Shown in pieces: positions 31,942 to 43,288 of a stretch of DNA of 64,000 bases (positions are counted from its first letter, which is position 1; each line of letters starts with the position of its first letter). Origin of the DNA: an uncultured delta proteobacterium (GTDB lineage Bacteria > Desulfobacterota > Desulfomonilia > UBA1062); assembly GCA_963785235.1 (NCBI GenBank), contig CAWAUM010000003.1:128001-192000 (forward strand), written 5' to 3'. Position numbers and translations under genes: made by a program. The notes under the pieces were generated by a model. That model saw nothing but the letters and a program-made list of their open reading frames with translations. It did no database searches and was not told the origin of the DNA.

Positions 31942-32655
31942 ATGCAGAATAAGATTAACCACCTTGCCATCATCATGGATGGCAACGGAAGGTGGGCGCA
32001 AAGAAGGTCTCTCCCAAGGCTGAAGGGCCATGACATGGGGGCCCGGGCGGCAAAGCGCATCGTTGAGGCTGCCAAAGCCCGTTCCATCAAATACCTCACC
32101 CTCTATGCCTTTTCCTCGGAAAACTGGAACAGGCCGAAAGAGGAGATCGAAGGTCTTTTCAAGCTGCTGGAGCGGTTCATCGAAGAGGAGGTCCTTCGCC
32201 TGAAAACAAGCGGGGTGTGCATCCATATCATAGGGGATTTGTCACGGTTCTCTGAAAACCTCCAGGACAAGATCCAGATGACACTTGAAGAGACGAGGGA
32301 TAATACCGAACTGCACCTGGCCATAGCATTGAACTATGGGGGCCGTGATGAGATCATCCGGACAGTAAGGAAACTCCTGGCCCTGGGAAAGTGCCCGGAA
32401 GAGATCAATGAACGGATTTTTTCCGACCAGCTGGATACGGCCTTCATGCCGGACCCCGACCTTCTCATCCGCACAGGCGGGGAGTGGCGGGTGAGCAACT
32501 TTCTGTTATGGCAGCTGGCCTATTCTGAAATCTATTTCACTGATACCCTCTGGCCTGATTTCGACGAGAAGGCCCTGGATGAGGCAATCCATTGGTTCGA
32601 TACCAGACAGAGGCGCTTCGGTATGACCGGTGAACAGGTAAAGGGGAGAAGATAG
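31942..32655 (+). CDS. uppS: Undecaprenyl diphosphate synthase
   Basis: HLAIIMDGNGRWA, YAFSSENWNRP, DLLIRTGGE, SNFLLWQ. Confidence 0.97.
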   Translation: MQNKINHLAIIMDGNGRWAQRRSLPRLKGHDMGARAAKRIVEAAKARSIKYLTLYAFSSENWNRPKEEIEGLFKLLERFIEEEVLRLKTSGVCIHIIGDLSRFSENLQDKIQMTLEETRDNTELHLAIALNYGGRDEIIRTVRKLLALGKCPEEINERIFSDQLDTAFMPDPDLLIRTGGEWRVSNFLLWQLAYSEIYFTDTLWPDFDEKALDEAIHWFDTRQRRFGMTGEQVKGRR

Positions 32656-33482
32656 ATGAAACGTATCCTAGGGGGACTGATCCTGGTTGTTCTGTTCGCA
32701 ATCCCGGCCATCTTCGGCCCTGCGTGGGTATTGCTGCTCATCGCCCTGCTTGTCGTACCCATCTGCATGTACGAGCTGTTCCGGGTAGCGATCGCTCCAT
32801 CCGCTAAGGCGCTTGGCTTTATATCCATGGCTTCATCGGTGCCATTCCTCATCCTTGCCAACAGAGGCGACACAGACGGTTGCTTCCTCACCATTGGTGT
32901 CACAAGCGTTATTCTGATGATCACCTCGCTGTTCCTTTTTGAAAAGGACAGGGCCGGGGCCAAAGACCTTGTCTATTCCATTGCCGGCCTGATCTACCCC
33001 ATGGCATTGATCGGCTTCTGGGTGCTTCTCAGAGTAGGAATGGACGGCAGGTTCTGGATGATCTTCTGTCTCGTTGGCGTCTTCGGTTCGGATACAGGCG
33101 CATACTACGTGGGCAAGAACCTCGGGAGACGAAAAATTGCACCCAGGCTCAGCCCTAAAAAGACCGTTGAGGGCTTTATCGGGGGCATGTGTGCGAGTGT
33201 CGCCCTGGGCTATGTGACCTTTGTAGTATATAATAAGGTAGTCATGGCGTATCAGATCGACCCCTTGAGGGGGTTTACCCCTTGTGGCTCCTGGTTCTTC
33301 TGTCGGCATGCATCGGTGCACTTGACCTGGCAGGAGACCTCACCGCATCACTCTTCAAACGGGAGTTCCAGATCAAAGACATGGGAAACCTGATCCCCGG
33401 CCATGGAGGCATGCTCGACCGAATGGACGGCATCATCCCTGTTGGGTGTGTGCTCTATTGTATCCTCAAGGTTGCACTCTGA
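32656..33482 (+). CDS. cdsA: Phosphatidate cytidylyltransferase (apparent indel ~33280)
   Basis: [17 protein letters not shown]; second frame [19 protein letters not shown]. Confidence 0.94.
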
Positions 33483-34610
33483 ATGAAAAGGATCGTCGTT
33501 CTCGGGTCAACCGGCTCCATCGGAGAGTCAACCCTGGATGTCATACGTATGCATCCCGGCAAATTCAAGGTCGTGGGGTTGTCTACGGGTTGCAACAACA
33601 GGCTCCTTGAGAGCCAGGCTGAAGAATTCGGCGTGAAGGTCCTTGGAGTATCATCCCCTTCTTTTCCGGTTTCTTCAGGCATGAAAATCCTTACCGGTGA
33701 GTCTTCATCCATAGAGGTTATCAAAAGGGCTGAGCCGGATATCGTGGTGAACGGCATATCAGGCGCCGCCGGTTTCCTTCCTTCCCTGGAGGCGGTAAGG
33801 TCCGGGGCAACGCTCGCCCTTGCCAACAAGGAATCGCTGGTCATCGGCGGGGGATTTCTCATTCAAGAGGCAAAAGACTTTCGTGTGCCCATCATCCCTG
33901 TTGATTCGGAGCACTCGGCCGTGTTTCAGTGCCTGAACGGAGAAAGCGGTTCTTCTGTCCGCCGCATCATCCTCACCGCATCAGGCGGCCCTTTCAGGAA
34001 CAGGCCGGCCGCAACTTTCAGGGATATCACCCCTGAAGAGGCTCTGCAGCACCCCACCTGGTCCATGGGTAAAAGGATAACCATCGACTCTGCAACCATG
34101 ATGAACAAAGGCCTGGAGATCATCGAGGCATGCTGGCTCTTTGGCGTGGGCACAGAGAAAATCGACGTGACAATCCACCCCCAGAGCATTGTCCACTCCA
34201 TGGTTGAATTTAAGGACAGGAGCATCAAGGCGCAGCTCTCCCTGCCGGATATGCGCATGGCCATCGCTTATGCCCTTTCCTGGCCTGAGCGCATGGAGCT
34301 TCCGCTCGAACCTCTGCGACTGGCTGATGCCATGCACCTTGACTTTCTGCCGCCGGATACGAATAAATTCCCGGCGCTTTCCCTGGCAAGGCATGCCATG
34401 AGCAGGCCTGATGTACTGCCCTGCATCATGAACGCTGCCGACGAGGTGGCCGTAGATGCCTTCCTTCAAGGGCGGCTCCGTTTCCATGAGATTACGCAGG
34501 TGGTAAAAAAGACCATGGACACGCTCACTGATTCCGCGGTAGAAGGACCGCAAGATATCATGACACTTGACAGAAAATCCAGAAAGACTGCAGAGGCATT
34601 CATTCCATGA
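33483..34610 (+). CDS. dxr: 1-deoxy-D-xylulose 5-phosphate reductoisomerase
   Basis: LGSTGSIG, LANKES, PVDSEH, HPTWSMG, NKGLE. Confidence 0.98.
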   Translation: MKRIVVLGSTGSIGESTLDVIRMHPGKFKVVGLSTGCNNRLLESQAEEFGVKVLGVSSPSFPVSSGMKILTGESSSIEVIKRAEPDIVVNGISGAAGFLPSLEAVRSGATLALANKESLVIGGGFLIQEAKDFRVPIIPVDSEHSAVFQCLNGESGSSVRRIILTASGGPFRNRPAATFRDITPEEALQHPTWSMGKRITIDSATMMNKGLEIIEACWLFGVGTEKIDVTIHPQSIVHSMVEFKDRSIKAQLSLPDMRMAIAYALSWPERMELPLEPLRLADAMHLDFLPPDTNKFPALSLARHAMSRPDVLPCIMNAADEVAVDAFLQGRLRFHEITQVVKKTMDTLTDSAVEGPQDIMTLDRKSRKTAEAFIP

Positions 34611-35677
34611 TAACAACACTCGCATTCATTATCGTCCTTGGCATCCTGATCTTCTTCCACGAACTCGGCCATTTTCTCATGGCAAAGGCAAGCGGGGTCG
34701 GGGTGCTGAAGTTCTCCCTGGGCTTCGGTCCGGCGCTCATCAAAAAGCGCTACGGTGAGACGGAGTACCAGCTGGCGGCATTTCCCCTTGGCGGTTATGT
34801 CAAGATGCTCGGTGAAGATCCGGATGACAAGGACCAGCTGTCGCACATAGACCCGAAAAAATCCTTCTCCCATAAATCACTGAAGGCCAAGGCGGCAATT
34901 GTCTTTGCAGGCCCGTTCTTCAACTTTCTGTTGGCTGTGGTCATCTACACGGTTGTAGCCTGGGTGGGCGTGCCCTATCTCCTGCCCATCGTAGGCGGTG
35001 TCCAGAAGGACTCACCTGCCGATAAGGCAGGGCTGCTGACGGGTGACTTGATCCAGACCATCGAGAAGAACCAGGTATCCGCCTGGGAGGATGTGTCGAA
35101 AACATTGCAGAGTACGGTGCCGGGCAAGGCTGTTGAGATCGAGGTTGTGCGTGACTCCAAGGTGTTCGTGCTCCATGTGACACCAATTGCAACCAAGGGA
35201 AAAAACCTTTTCGGCGAGCAGATAACAAGACCCATGATCGGGGTCAGTTCCGGTGAAAAAACCGCCACCAAGAGATACGGCCCCATAGACGGCATCGGCT
35301 ATGGATTCGGACAGTGTTATAAGATCATAGAACTCACAGGCATAGCCTTTGGAAAGATGATCAATGGCAGCATCAGCGCCAAGGAGAGCCTTGGAGGGCC
35401 CATCCTGATAGCCCAGGTCTCGGGGCAGACCTTCAGGGCAGGCCTGCTGCCGTTTGTCTCGCTCATAGCCTTCATCAGCATCAACCTTGCCATCATCAAT
35501 CTGCTGCCCATACCCGTGCTTGACGGCGGTCACCTGCTGCTCTTCCTCATCGAGGGCATCACGGGCAAACCGGTTGAAGGCAAACCCCGGGAGATAGCCC
35601 AGCAGATAGGGCTCTTCATCCTGATCATGCTCATGCTCTTTGCCTTTTACAACGACATCACCCGCATATTCAAATGA
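34607..35677 (+). CDS. rseP: RIP metalloprotease RseP
   Basis: HELGH, PDZ segment, NLLPIPVLDGG. Confidence 0.97.
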   Translation: MITTLAFIIVLGILIFFHELGHFLMAKASGVGVLKFSLGFGPALIKKRYGETEYQLAAFPLGGYVKMLGEDPDDKDQLSHIDPKKSFSHKSLKAKAAIVFAGPFFNFLLAVVIYTVVAWVGVPYLLPIVGGVQKDSPADKAGLLTGDLIQTIEKNQVSAWEDVSKTLQSTVPGKAVEIEVVRDSKVFVLHVTPIATKGKNLFGEQITRPMIGVSSGEKTATKRYGPIDGIGYGFGQCYKIIELTGIAFGKMINGSISAKESLGGPILIAQVSGQTFRAGLLPFVSLIAFISINLAIINLLPIPVLDGGHLLLFLIEGITGKPVEGKPREIAQQIGLFILIMLMLFAFYNDITRIFK

Positions 35678-36357
35678 TGGCAAAGGTGAATGTCCTGGCC
35701 CTGGACACATCCACAAGCTGCCTGTCCGTTGCGCTCATGAGAGACAGGACAACTCTCACCGAGATCAACCTCACGGTCAAGGTAGGGCATGCGGGCATGA
35801 TCCTGCCGGTAATCGACGAAGCGCTTTCCAAAAGCTCTATGAAGAAGGCTGATATAACGCTCATTGCCACAGGCACCGGTCCCGGCTCATTCACGGGCCT
35901 CAGAATCGGCATTGCAACGGCAAAAGGGCTTGCCAGAGCCATTGGCTGCCCCCTTGCAGGCATACCCACCCTTGATATCATAGCGCGCGGAGCCCTGCCC
36001 TCATCCATGCAGATCATGCCCATTATCGATGCCAAGAAGGGGGAGGTTTACTGCGCATTATATAATAAGGATGGCTCACGGCTGACTGATTCCATGAACC
36101 TTCGTCCCGAGGGCCTTGCCGCCCTGGTCAACGAAGACACCCTGTTCGTGGGCAACGGCTGCGACATGTACCGGGATATTCTTATCAAAGACCTTGGACC
36201 ACTCTACCACGAAGCACCTGCCCTTCTCTGGTACCCGAGGGCTTCCGTGCTTGCCGGTATTGCGCAGGGCATCCCGATTGAATGCCTTTCTCAAGATGTG
36301 CAGCCGCTGTACATCAGGGCATCGGATGCGACACTGCTGCTGGAGAGAAGGGGTTAA
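35674..36357 (+). CDS. tsaB: t6A biosynthesis protein TsaB
   Basis: LALDTST, GPGSFTGLRIG, IDAKKGEVY, PLYIR. Confidence 0.96.
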   Translation: MMAKVNVLALDTSTSCLSVALMRDRTTLTEINLTVKVGHAGMILPVIDEALSKSSMKKADITLIATGTGPGSFTGLRIGIATAKGLARAIGCPLAGIPTLDIIARGALPSSMQIMPIIDAKKGEVYCALYNKDGSRLTDSMNLRPEGLAALVNEDTLFVGNGCDMYRDILIKDLGPLYHEAPALLWYPRASVLAGIAQGIPIECLSQDVQPLYIRASDATLLLERRG

Positions 36358-36393
36358 AAATGAAAAAGGCTTCAACCTTGAAGGTCGAAGCCT
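36357..36393 (-). terminator. Intrinsic terminator of the EPS operon (between convergent genes)
   Basis: Minus strand AGGCTTCGACC-TTCAA-GGTTGAAGCCT followed by TTTTCATTTTT. Confidence 0.7.
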
Positions 36394-36432
36394 CTCCCAT
36401 GAGAATTACCGGCAATACCGGTTCTGCTCAAG

Positions 36433-37239
36433 TTAATAATAATAACTGTTTTCGTTCGGGGTGTCATCCTTGTTCAGGACAAACCCGAGAAATTTCTCCT
36501 TTGGTATGAGGTCCAGGGCCTTATTGATATCTTCCATGGAGGTCTTTCCTGCCTCCACAACCATAATAATGCAATCAACAAACGAGGCAAAGGCAATGGC
36601 ATCAGCCCCCATGAGCACAGGGGGTACATCGAAAATAATATACCGGTCCTGATACCGGTTCTTAACCTCATCCACCATGGATCTCATGCGTGGCGAAGTG
36701 AGGACCTCGGTTGTTTCCTGGATGGTTCTGCCTCCGGAAATCAAGGTCATCTTGTCAATGCTGGGCCAGATGATGAGGTCTTTTAAGGGGACATCATTCA
36801 CAAGATAATCCATCAGTCCCAGATCGCTCTGGATACCCATGTATTTGTGAACATCCTGCCGGTGCAGATCACAATCAATAAGCAACACCGTGAGGTCGAA
36901 TGCCCTTGCAAAGGTCAGCGAGAGATTTATTGCCGTCAGGGTTTTGCCTTCACCGGGATGGGCACTCGTGACCATAAGGGTTTTCCAGTTTTTATTTATT
37001 ACGGATTTCTGAATCTGGGTTCGCAGGAGTTTGTATGACCCAAGATATGGCGAGTCGGAGAACATGGAAACACAGCGGTTTTTTTCGAGGATATCCTTAT
37101 CCGGCACCACACATCTTGACTCGGAATATACAGGGGCCTTCACAGAACTCATCCCCGAGATATCCTGAAATGGCTTATCCGACAGCATGGTGTGCTGACG
37201 GGTTAATTTTGCCTTATCTATGGCCTTTTTTATTTTCAT
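36433..37239 (-). CDS. Bacterial tyrosine kinase (CpsD/CapB family, Wzc C-terminal-like)
   Basis: Walker A PGEGKT, LLIDCD, IIFDVPP, C-terminal SYYY. Confidence 0.9.
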   Translation of the reverse strand: MKIKKAIDKAKLTRQHTMLSDKPFQDISGMSSVKAPVYSESRCVVPDKDILEKNRCVSMFSDSPYLGSYKLLRTQIQKSVINKNWKTLMVTSAHPGEGKTLTAINLSLTFARAFDLTVLLIDCDLHRQDVHKYMGIQSDLGLMDYLVNDVPLKDLIIWPSIDKMTLISGGRTIQETTEVLTSPRMRSMVDEVKNRYQDRYIIFDVPPVLMGADAIAFASFVDCIIMVVEAGKTSMEDINKALDLIPKEKFLGFVLNKDDTPNENSYYY

Positions 37240-37271
37240 TTTCTCATCCCTTCCTGCAGATCATACCAGAA

Positions 37272-38840
37272 TCATACACCTAATCGCCCAATCAACTTAA
37301 CCCAGAAGATATCAAGATCCATGATGAAATAGTTGAAGATAATAAGCCCGCAAACCACAACAAAAAGAATCCCGGCACCTGTCCAGATCCATATATTCCT
37401 CTTCTTGCCGATTTCGCTCTCTGAAACGATGAAAGGTATGCTTGCCAGAACAGGAAATGATGTTGCTTGTGCCAGCATACCGGCATGCCGCACCGATGTG
37501 TCGGTAAATTCCCTGAAAGAACCTGCGCCAATACCTGCACCGATTCCCATGACAAGCCCGATCAATATGATTGCCGCTCGATTCGGTTTATAGGGTTTCT
37601 CCGGCAATCGGGCCGGATCGATGATGGTAAATCGCTCGCCTTTCTGCTCCTTCTCCAGGCCTTGAGACACCTTTGACTCCATATGCTTTCTCGTAAGGTC
37701 GTCGAATTTTGCTTGCGTATTACTCCGTTCCATCAAGAGGGCCTTGTACTCCGATTCCACCTGAGGAGAGAGTTCGATGCGTCGCCTGTAGTCATTCAGT
37801 CTGGTCCTGAGGTCACGGATCTGTGCATTGACAGTGGCTATTTCAGACTGGGTGCCGGCGAGCTGTGAAGCGAGTGTAATATAGGCCGGGTTGTCAGGCC
37901 GCTCTTTGCTCTTGCTGCTCGACGATACCTTCAGCCGTTGTTCAAGCTCGGCGACTTCAGCCTTGGTCTTGATGACATCAGGGTGTTCGTCGGAAAACTG
38001 ATGCTTCAGATTCACCAGCTTGACATTTAACTCATTGATCCTCTGCCGGTCAGTCTGCATAAAATCCTGGGGGGTGCTCGCAAGCTGAGACATCAGATAA
38101 GCCTCTTTCTCTTTGAGCTGGGATGACTGATTATTCAAGAGGTCAATATTGCGCTCGATGTCACTGATGCTCTGCATATTAATCTGTACGAGTTCCGGAA
38201 GGTCATTCATATGCTTCTCTTTGAACCTGGCAATCAAGGCATCAATGCGTTCGAGATCGGCCTTTACCTTAGACACCTCATCCTGGAGGAACTTTGAAAC
38301 ATCTGTTGCCTGCCGCTCACGAACCTGTGAAATTCTCTTCCAGAAAAAGAGAGGCCAGTACGTTGGCAACCTGAAGGACCTTGCCCGGATCTTTCTTCCC
38401 CTGGTACGAAATGGTAAAGGCGATGGTTGCGGCAGTAGGCCTGCCGGTTTTGGGATCAACCACATTGACGCTGATGGGCTCTAAGGTTATGTCCTTTCGC
38501 ATCTGCTCAATGATCTCTTCGGTCATCATGGTATCTTTCAGCTCGGGGTAGAGATTGAGTCTGTTTATGATGTCCAGGAGACGCGTGGAGCTCATGATGC
38601 GCTGGTTGATGATCTGCATCTGTTGCTCGGCATAGGTTGAGACGGATGATTTTACATACTCAAGAGGCACATCCTGCTGCTCTATAAGGATTGTCGTTGT
38701 GGACTTGTATATGGGGTGGTAATGACGAATGCGATGATAACTGAGATAAGGAGAATGGAGATGATGGGGATTACAATATTCCATTTTCTTCTCTTGAGAA
38801 CGGCAAGATAATCTCCCGGGGCAAGTGCAACATTTTCCAT
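37272..38840 (-). CDS. Polysaccharide co-polymerase / chain-length determinant (several apparent indels)
   Basis: N-term DYLAVLKRRKW + TM, YKSTTTILIE, coiled coil, HPDV, IIDPARLPEKPYKPNR + TM. Confidence 0.88.
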
Positions 38841-38901
38841 ATGATCTCTCCTGATAAATTGATACTAATACAAAAAACGTACTATGTAAAAGTCTCTTCC
38901 T

Positions 38902-40105
38902 TTAATGGGGGATGGGGTATTGCCATGTCACATTCAAGGAGTAGATGTTCTGTATCATCGTGCTGTCGTCCTGCTTATCCCTGATGTTCGCCAGGCGATA
39001 GGAGGCTTCGAATCTGAGGTCGTTGGAGTAATTATAGGTGAATCTCGGCTGTATCCTCACACTTGTTTCATCAATGCCTTCTGAGACAAACTCCTTCTCA
39101 TCTTGTTTATACATGGAATATTCCGCAGTGAAATCTCCTGAAAATTCATAGGTGAATCGCCTTTTGATAGTGAACCTTACCGAAGAGTAACGTGATAACC
39201 CGACCTCACCGCTTATGGAACGATAGTCTTTGTAATAACTGATGGAAGAATCTGGTGACCTCGCCTCGATAAAAAAGAATCACCTGGGCGATAAAACCCC
39301 GGTTCGTTTCCCTGTGTTCGAATAATTGAGACAACGTATTTTTCCTTCGGGCAACCTGGCTCCCCATGTCAGCGGAAAGATCAATCACCTCGGTTATTCT
39401 CTTACTGGCCCCTGCCATCAAGGAATAACTCGTAACCTTAGAGTCCGTATAATCGTACAATGCATAACGAGGGCTTAACCTCACCGTTGTCTGAGACACT
39501 AAGGCATCAAGATCATGGGCCAGGGTGAGCGAGATGTTCTGAGTTGTTGAGTCGGAATAATCCGGATTGTCAAACGTGTCCTTATCATAGGCATACGAAG
39601 TTCTGAACGATGTCTTTTCAGTCAGGGCTGCATCTGCCCCGCACCCATAGTGCCAGCGCTTGCGTGTTGCTGTTCCAAACACAAGGCCTGTGGTTTCAAA
39701 ATCACGGTCTATCTGAGAATCTCGTGCATACCTGGCATCGGCAGAAACATTCATGTTCTGTGAAAGAGAGTAGCCTATGCTTCCCGTATGAAACTGATCT
39801 GTTGCATCAAGGTCTTTCTGCTCATGATACACGGTTCTCTGAAGCGTGCTCTGCAGGGAAGCATTCAGACGCTCTGTTCTGTCGGTCAATCTCAATGAAG
39901 GAGACATCATAGCAACGAGATCATGAACCTTGTCACCACTGCCGGAGTCATAGAATATGTTGTCATTGTACTGGTCCCTTATGGACAGCTGGGGGATAAG
40001 CTTGATTTCGGCGCAGTGCAAGGCAATAGGTAAAAATAAAACGATTGCAAAAAAAACAGGTATGTAAACTCGGCCATGAAATCCTTGTTTGTTTTCATTA
40101 TTCAT
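38902..40105 (-). CDS. Outer-membrane beta-barrel protein of exosortase/EPS loci (apparent indel ~39240)
   Basis: Signal-like N-term, YNDNI motif, alternating beta-strand pattern, C-term YSLNVTWQY. Confidence 0.7.
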
Positions 40106-40126
40106 AAAACCGCAGTTTGTTATTCT

Positions 40127-40153
40127 GTCATTCCCGCAAAAGCAGGAATCCAG
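40127..40153. repeat. REP/RPE-like palindromic element
   Basis: GTCATTCCCGC-AAAA-GCAGGAATCCAG resembles the GTCATTCCCGC-N4-GCGGGAATCCAG class (ATTCCC-N8-GGGAAT core). Confidence 0.7.
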
Positions 40154-40206
40154 TAGTTTTTGAGTTAAACAACTCATGCTACGCATGATATCCATGTAAG
40201 GAACGC

Positions 40207-40788
40207 TCAGGGAACAATGATTACATCGCCACGTTTGAGGGTGATATTTTCCTCAAGGTTCTTGCCCTTGATAACATCATTATAGTGGAAGCGGATCAGC
40301 TTTGTTCCATTTGCTTCCGTGCGGAGGATCCTGATGTCGTTATTGTCGGCAAAAGGGGTCAGCCCGCCGGCAATTGCAAGCCCCTGGAGTACATTGACCC
40401 TGCTGCCCATCAGAAAACTTCCGGGCTTGTTTACCCTGCCAAGGATATATATATAGGCGCTGTTCATATTCCTTACCGATATCCATAACACAGGGTCGGG
40501 TACATACTTTTTAATACGTTTCTCAATTTCGGTTTTCAATTCGGTAATGGTCTTATCCTCAGCCTTTATCGACCCTATAAGTGGGAATGATATGGTGCCG
40601 TCGGGAAGGACAACAACTTCCTGGGTGAGGGATTCATCTTTCCAGATCGAGACCATCAAAACATCTCCAGGTCCGATGAGATAATCGGACTGAGTTTGTG
40701 TATTCTGCTGTGTATTTGCAGCTAAGGCCTGTAGTGAAACAAAGGAAAAAAACAAAGTGATTATGAGCAACTTGGAACATATGTGCAT
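40207..40788 (-). CDS. Polysaccharide export protein (Wza/OPX family, short form)
   Basis: YLIGPGDVL, VLPDGTISFPLIG, SLBB AIAGGLTPFA, LKRGDVIIVP. Confidence 0.92.
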   Translation of the reverse strand: MHICSKLLIITLFFSFVSLQALAANTQQNTQTQSDYLIGPGDVLMVSIWKDESLTQEVVVLPDGTISFPLIGSIKAEDKTITELKTEIEKRIKKYVPDPVLWISVRNMNSAYIYILGRVNKPGSFLMGSRVNVLQGLAIAGGLTPFADNNDIRILRTEANGTKLIRFHYNDVIKGKNLEENITLKRGDVIIVP

Positions 40789-40846
40789 ATTAAACCTCCA
40801 CTAAACTTATGTTTAATCATGGAAAAAACTGTGCTCAAAACCGGCA

Positions 40847-43247
40847 TCATCCCTTTATCGACTTGAGAGTCCTTTGCGCCTCTTCCTTGCCCACGAATCC
40901 GTCAGGGGATTTCAGCGCGGCCTCCAGCCTCTCTTTTGCCTTGCTCAGTTCACCATTCTTATAGAAGATCATACCCAGGTGAAAGTTATAGACCGGGTTC
41001 AAAGGGTCTTGCTCAAAGGCCTTGCCTATACTCCTGAGGGCCTTCTTCATATCGCCTGCCCGGTAATAAACCCACCCGAGGGTATCATTTACTGCTGCAT
41101 CATCCCCTTTCAGTGCTTGCGCCTTTTTTGCCAGAACCAAAGCCCTGTCAAGATCGGCCTTTGATTTGGGGTTCTCTGCCAGGAGAAAGGCCAGGTTGTT
41201 TGCCATGGGCCAGAGATCAGGGAATTTCTGCAGGCCCGACTCATAGATATTTCTGGCCTTATCATACTCCCTGGTCTTTTCGAAAAGCGCGCCAAGGGAA
41301 AAATACAGCACCGGGTTCTGCGGGGTCTTGATGATGGATTCCTGATACCTTCTTACAATCTCATCCTTCTTCCCCTGGGCGAGATAGATGTTTGTAAGCA
41401 GGAAATAAGGTTCGACCCACCCGGGCTGTGCCTGGATGGCCTTCTGTGCATATTCACTTGCCTTTGGGTAATCTTTCTTCATCAGGAAAATCCGCCCCAA
41501 TAGATTCAAAACCTGGGGATCGCCCGCATTTTTCTTCAAACGGTCAACACATAATTTCTGGGCTTCCTCCAGCTTGTTCTGTGAAACATATAATCCGGCA
41601 AGCATACTGAAGGCCTGGGGAGATTCGGGGTTGAGCGAATAACCTTGCCCGGCAGTGGATATTGCCTTTTCCCACTGTGCATTCTTCGCATAAAGCTGGG
41701 CAAGCTTTGCATAACCCAGCAGGCTGTTTTTATTTTTGTTCAGGATCTCGCGGTATTCTTTTTCAGCACCTGCCATGTCACCCCGGCCGGCCAGGACATC
41801 ACCCAGGAATCCATGTGCTTCAATAAACTTCGGATTGGATTCGATTATCTCCCGCAATACGGAGATTGCATTTTCAAAGTCATTCTTGTTGATATATGCC
41901 TTTGCCAGTGCCAACGAAAGATCCACAGACTTAGGGTTCACCTTCTGGGCGCTTTTCAGCGTGTCTATGGCCAGCCCCATCTCACCATTGAGCCGGTGCG
42001 CCTCGGCAAGGGCAATATGGCCCTGGATGAACTCGGGCCTCTCGTTCACGACGGGGCGAAGCTCGGACACTGCATTAATGCCGTCTTCCCTGATAAGGTA
42101 GATCTGTCCTTTCGTGTAATGAAGGTTCACATCCTTCGGGCTCACCTTGAGGGCCTCATCAACATATTTCTGCGCCGTATCAGGTTCGCCCTTTTTCATA
42201 TAGCACGTGGCCAGGGCATTCTTCACCTTGATGGCATTCTTCGAGCCCTTGTCTTCATCGGCTGCAAGGTAAGCGTTTAAAGGTGCAATAGCCATGTCTA
42301 TCTTGCCCGCAGAGGCATAGAGCTCACTGAGCGCCAACGTCAGTTTCACGCTCTTTTTGTTCTGGGCAATACCATCTTTCAGGGTTGTCTCCACATCGGT
42401 CAAACATACCACGCTGCTGGTAGAACATGGCCACGAGCAGAGCGTTGTCTTCATCACCCGGGTCGGAACTCAAGATGGCCTTGATAAGGTTCTGGCCCTG
42501 ATCCTTTCTCTGGGTGTTCATATACAGAGATGCGAGGTTCAATTTATAAATCGCCTTTTTCGGTTCGAGCTGAATCATTTTCTTCAAGACGGATTCCGCA
42601 TCGGCGAGCTTGCCTGTCCTCATGTAAAAATCAGAAACCGTCATATAAAGATCCAGCGATTTCGGATTCGCCGCTATACCCTCTAAGAGTATCTTTTCAC
42701 CACCTTGAATGTCTTTGTTGCGCATGGCATTCCTGAACAACATAAGATACACTTCCGGCTTGGTAATTTTCTTTGCAAGAAGCCCGTTAAGAATCGCAGC
42801 CCCCTCATCACCCTTGATGCCGTCAATGAGGATGCCGGCCTTGAGCAGAAGCGCTTCATCATTATTCGGTTCTTTCTTCAGAACCAGCTCAGCCTTTCCC
42901 ATTGCCTCCTCAGGCATCTTAGCCACGAGAAAGATCTTGCCCAGTTCAAGATTTGACTTTATATGGTCGGGATTCAGTGTGGTGGCCTTGGAGAAATAGC
43001 CAAAGGCCTTTTTCAGATCTCCCTGCTTCTCTTCGATCATGCCCATCATGTACCAGCCGTCGAGATATTTCGGGTCAAGCTGGAGAACATTCTTGAATTC
43101 AAGGCCTGCCTTGACGTAGAGGGCCTTCTCATACAGCTCCATACCCTTCTTGTAGAATCTGTCTCTCTTGGCCTCCTTTGATGAACAAGCGCCCAGGGAT
43201 AGGGCCAGAAAGACAATGCACAAAACAAAAAGAAATTTCTTTTCCAT
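40847..43247 (-). CDS. Large TPR lipoprotein, PrsT-like (apparent indel ~42400)
   Basis: Lipobox LGAC, tandem TPR helices, C-term NNLAFLLA...DTLGWVYY. Confidence 0.85.
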
Positions 43248-43288
43248 ATCCAATGCTCCTATACTATGCAGTGATCCATAAACCGGGT

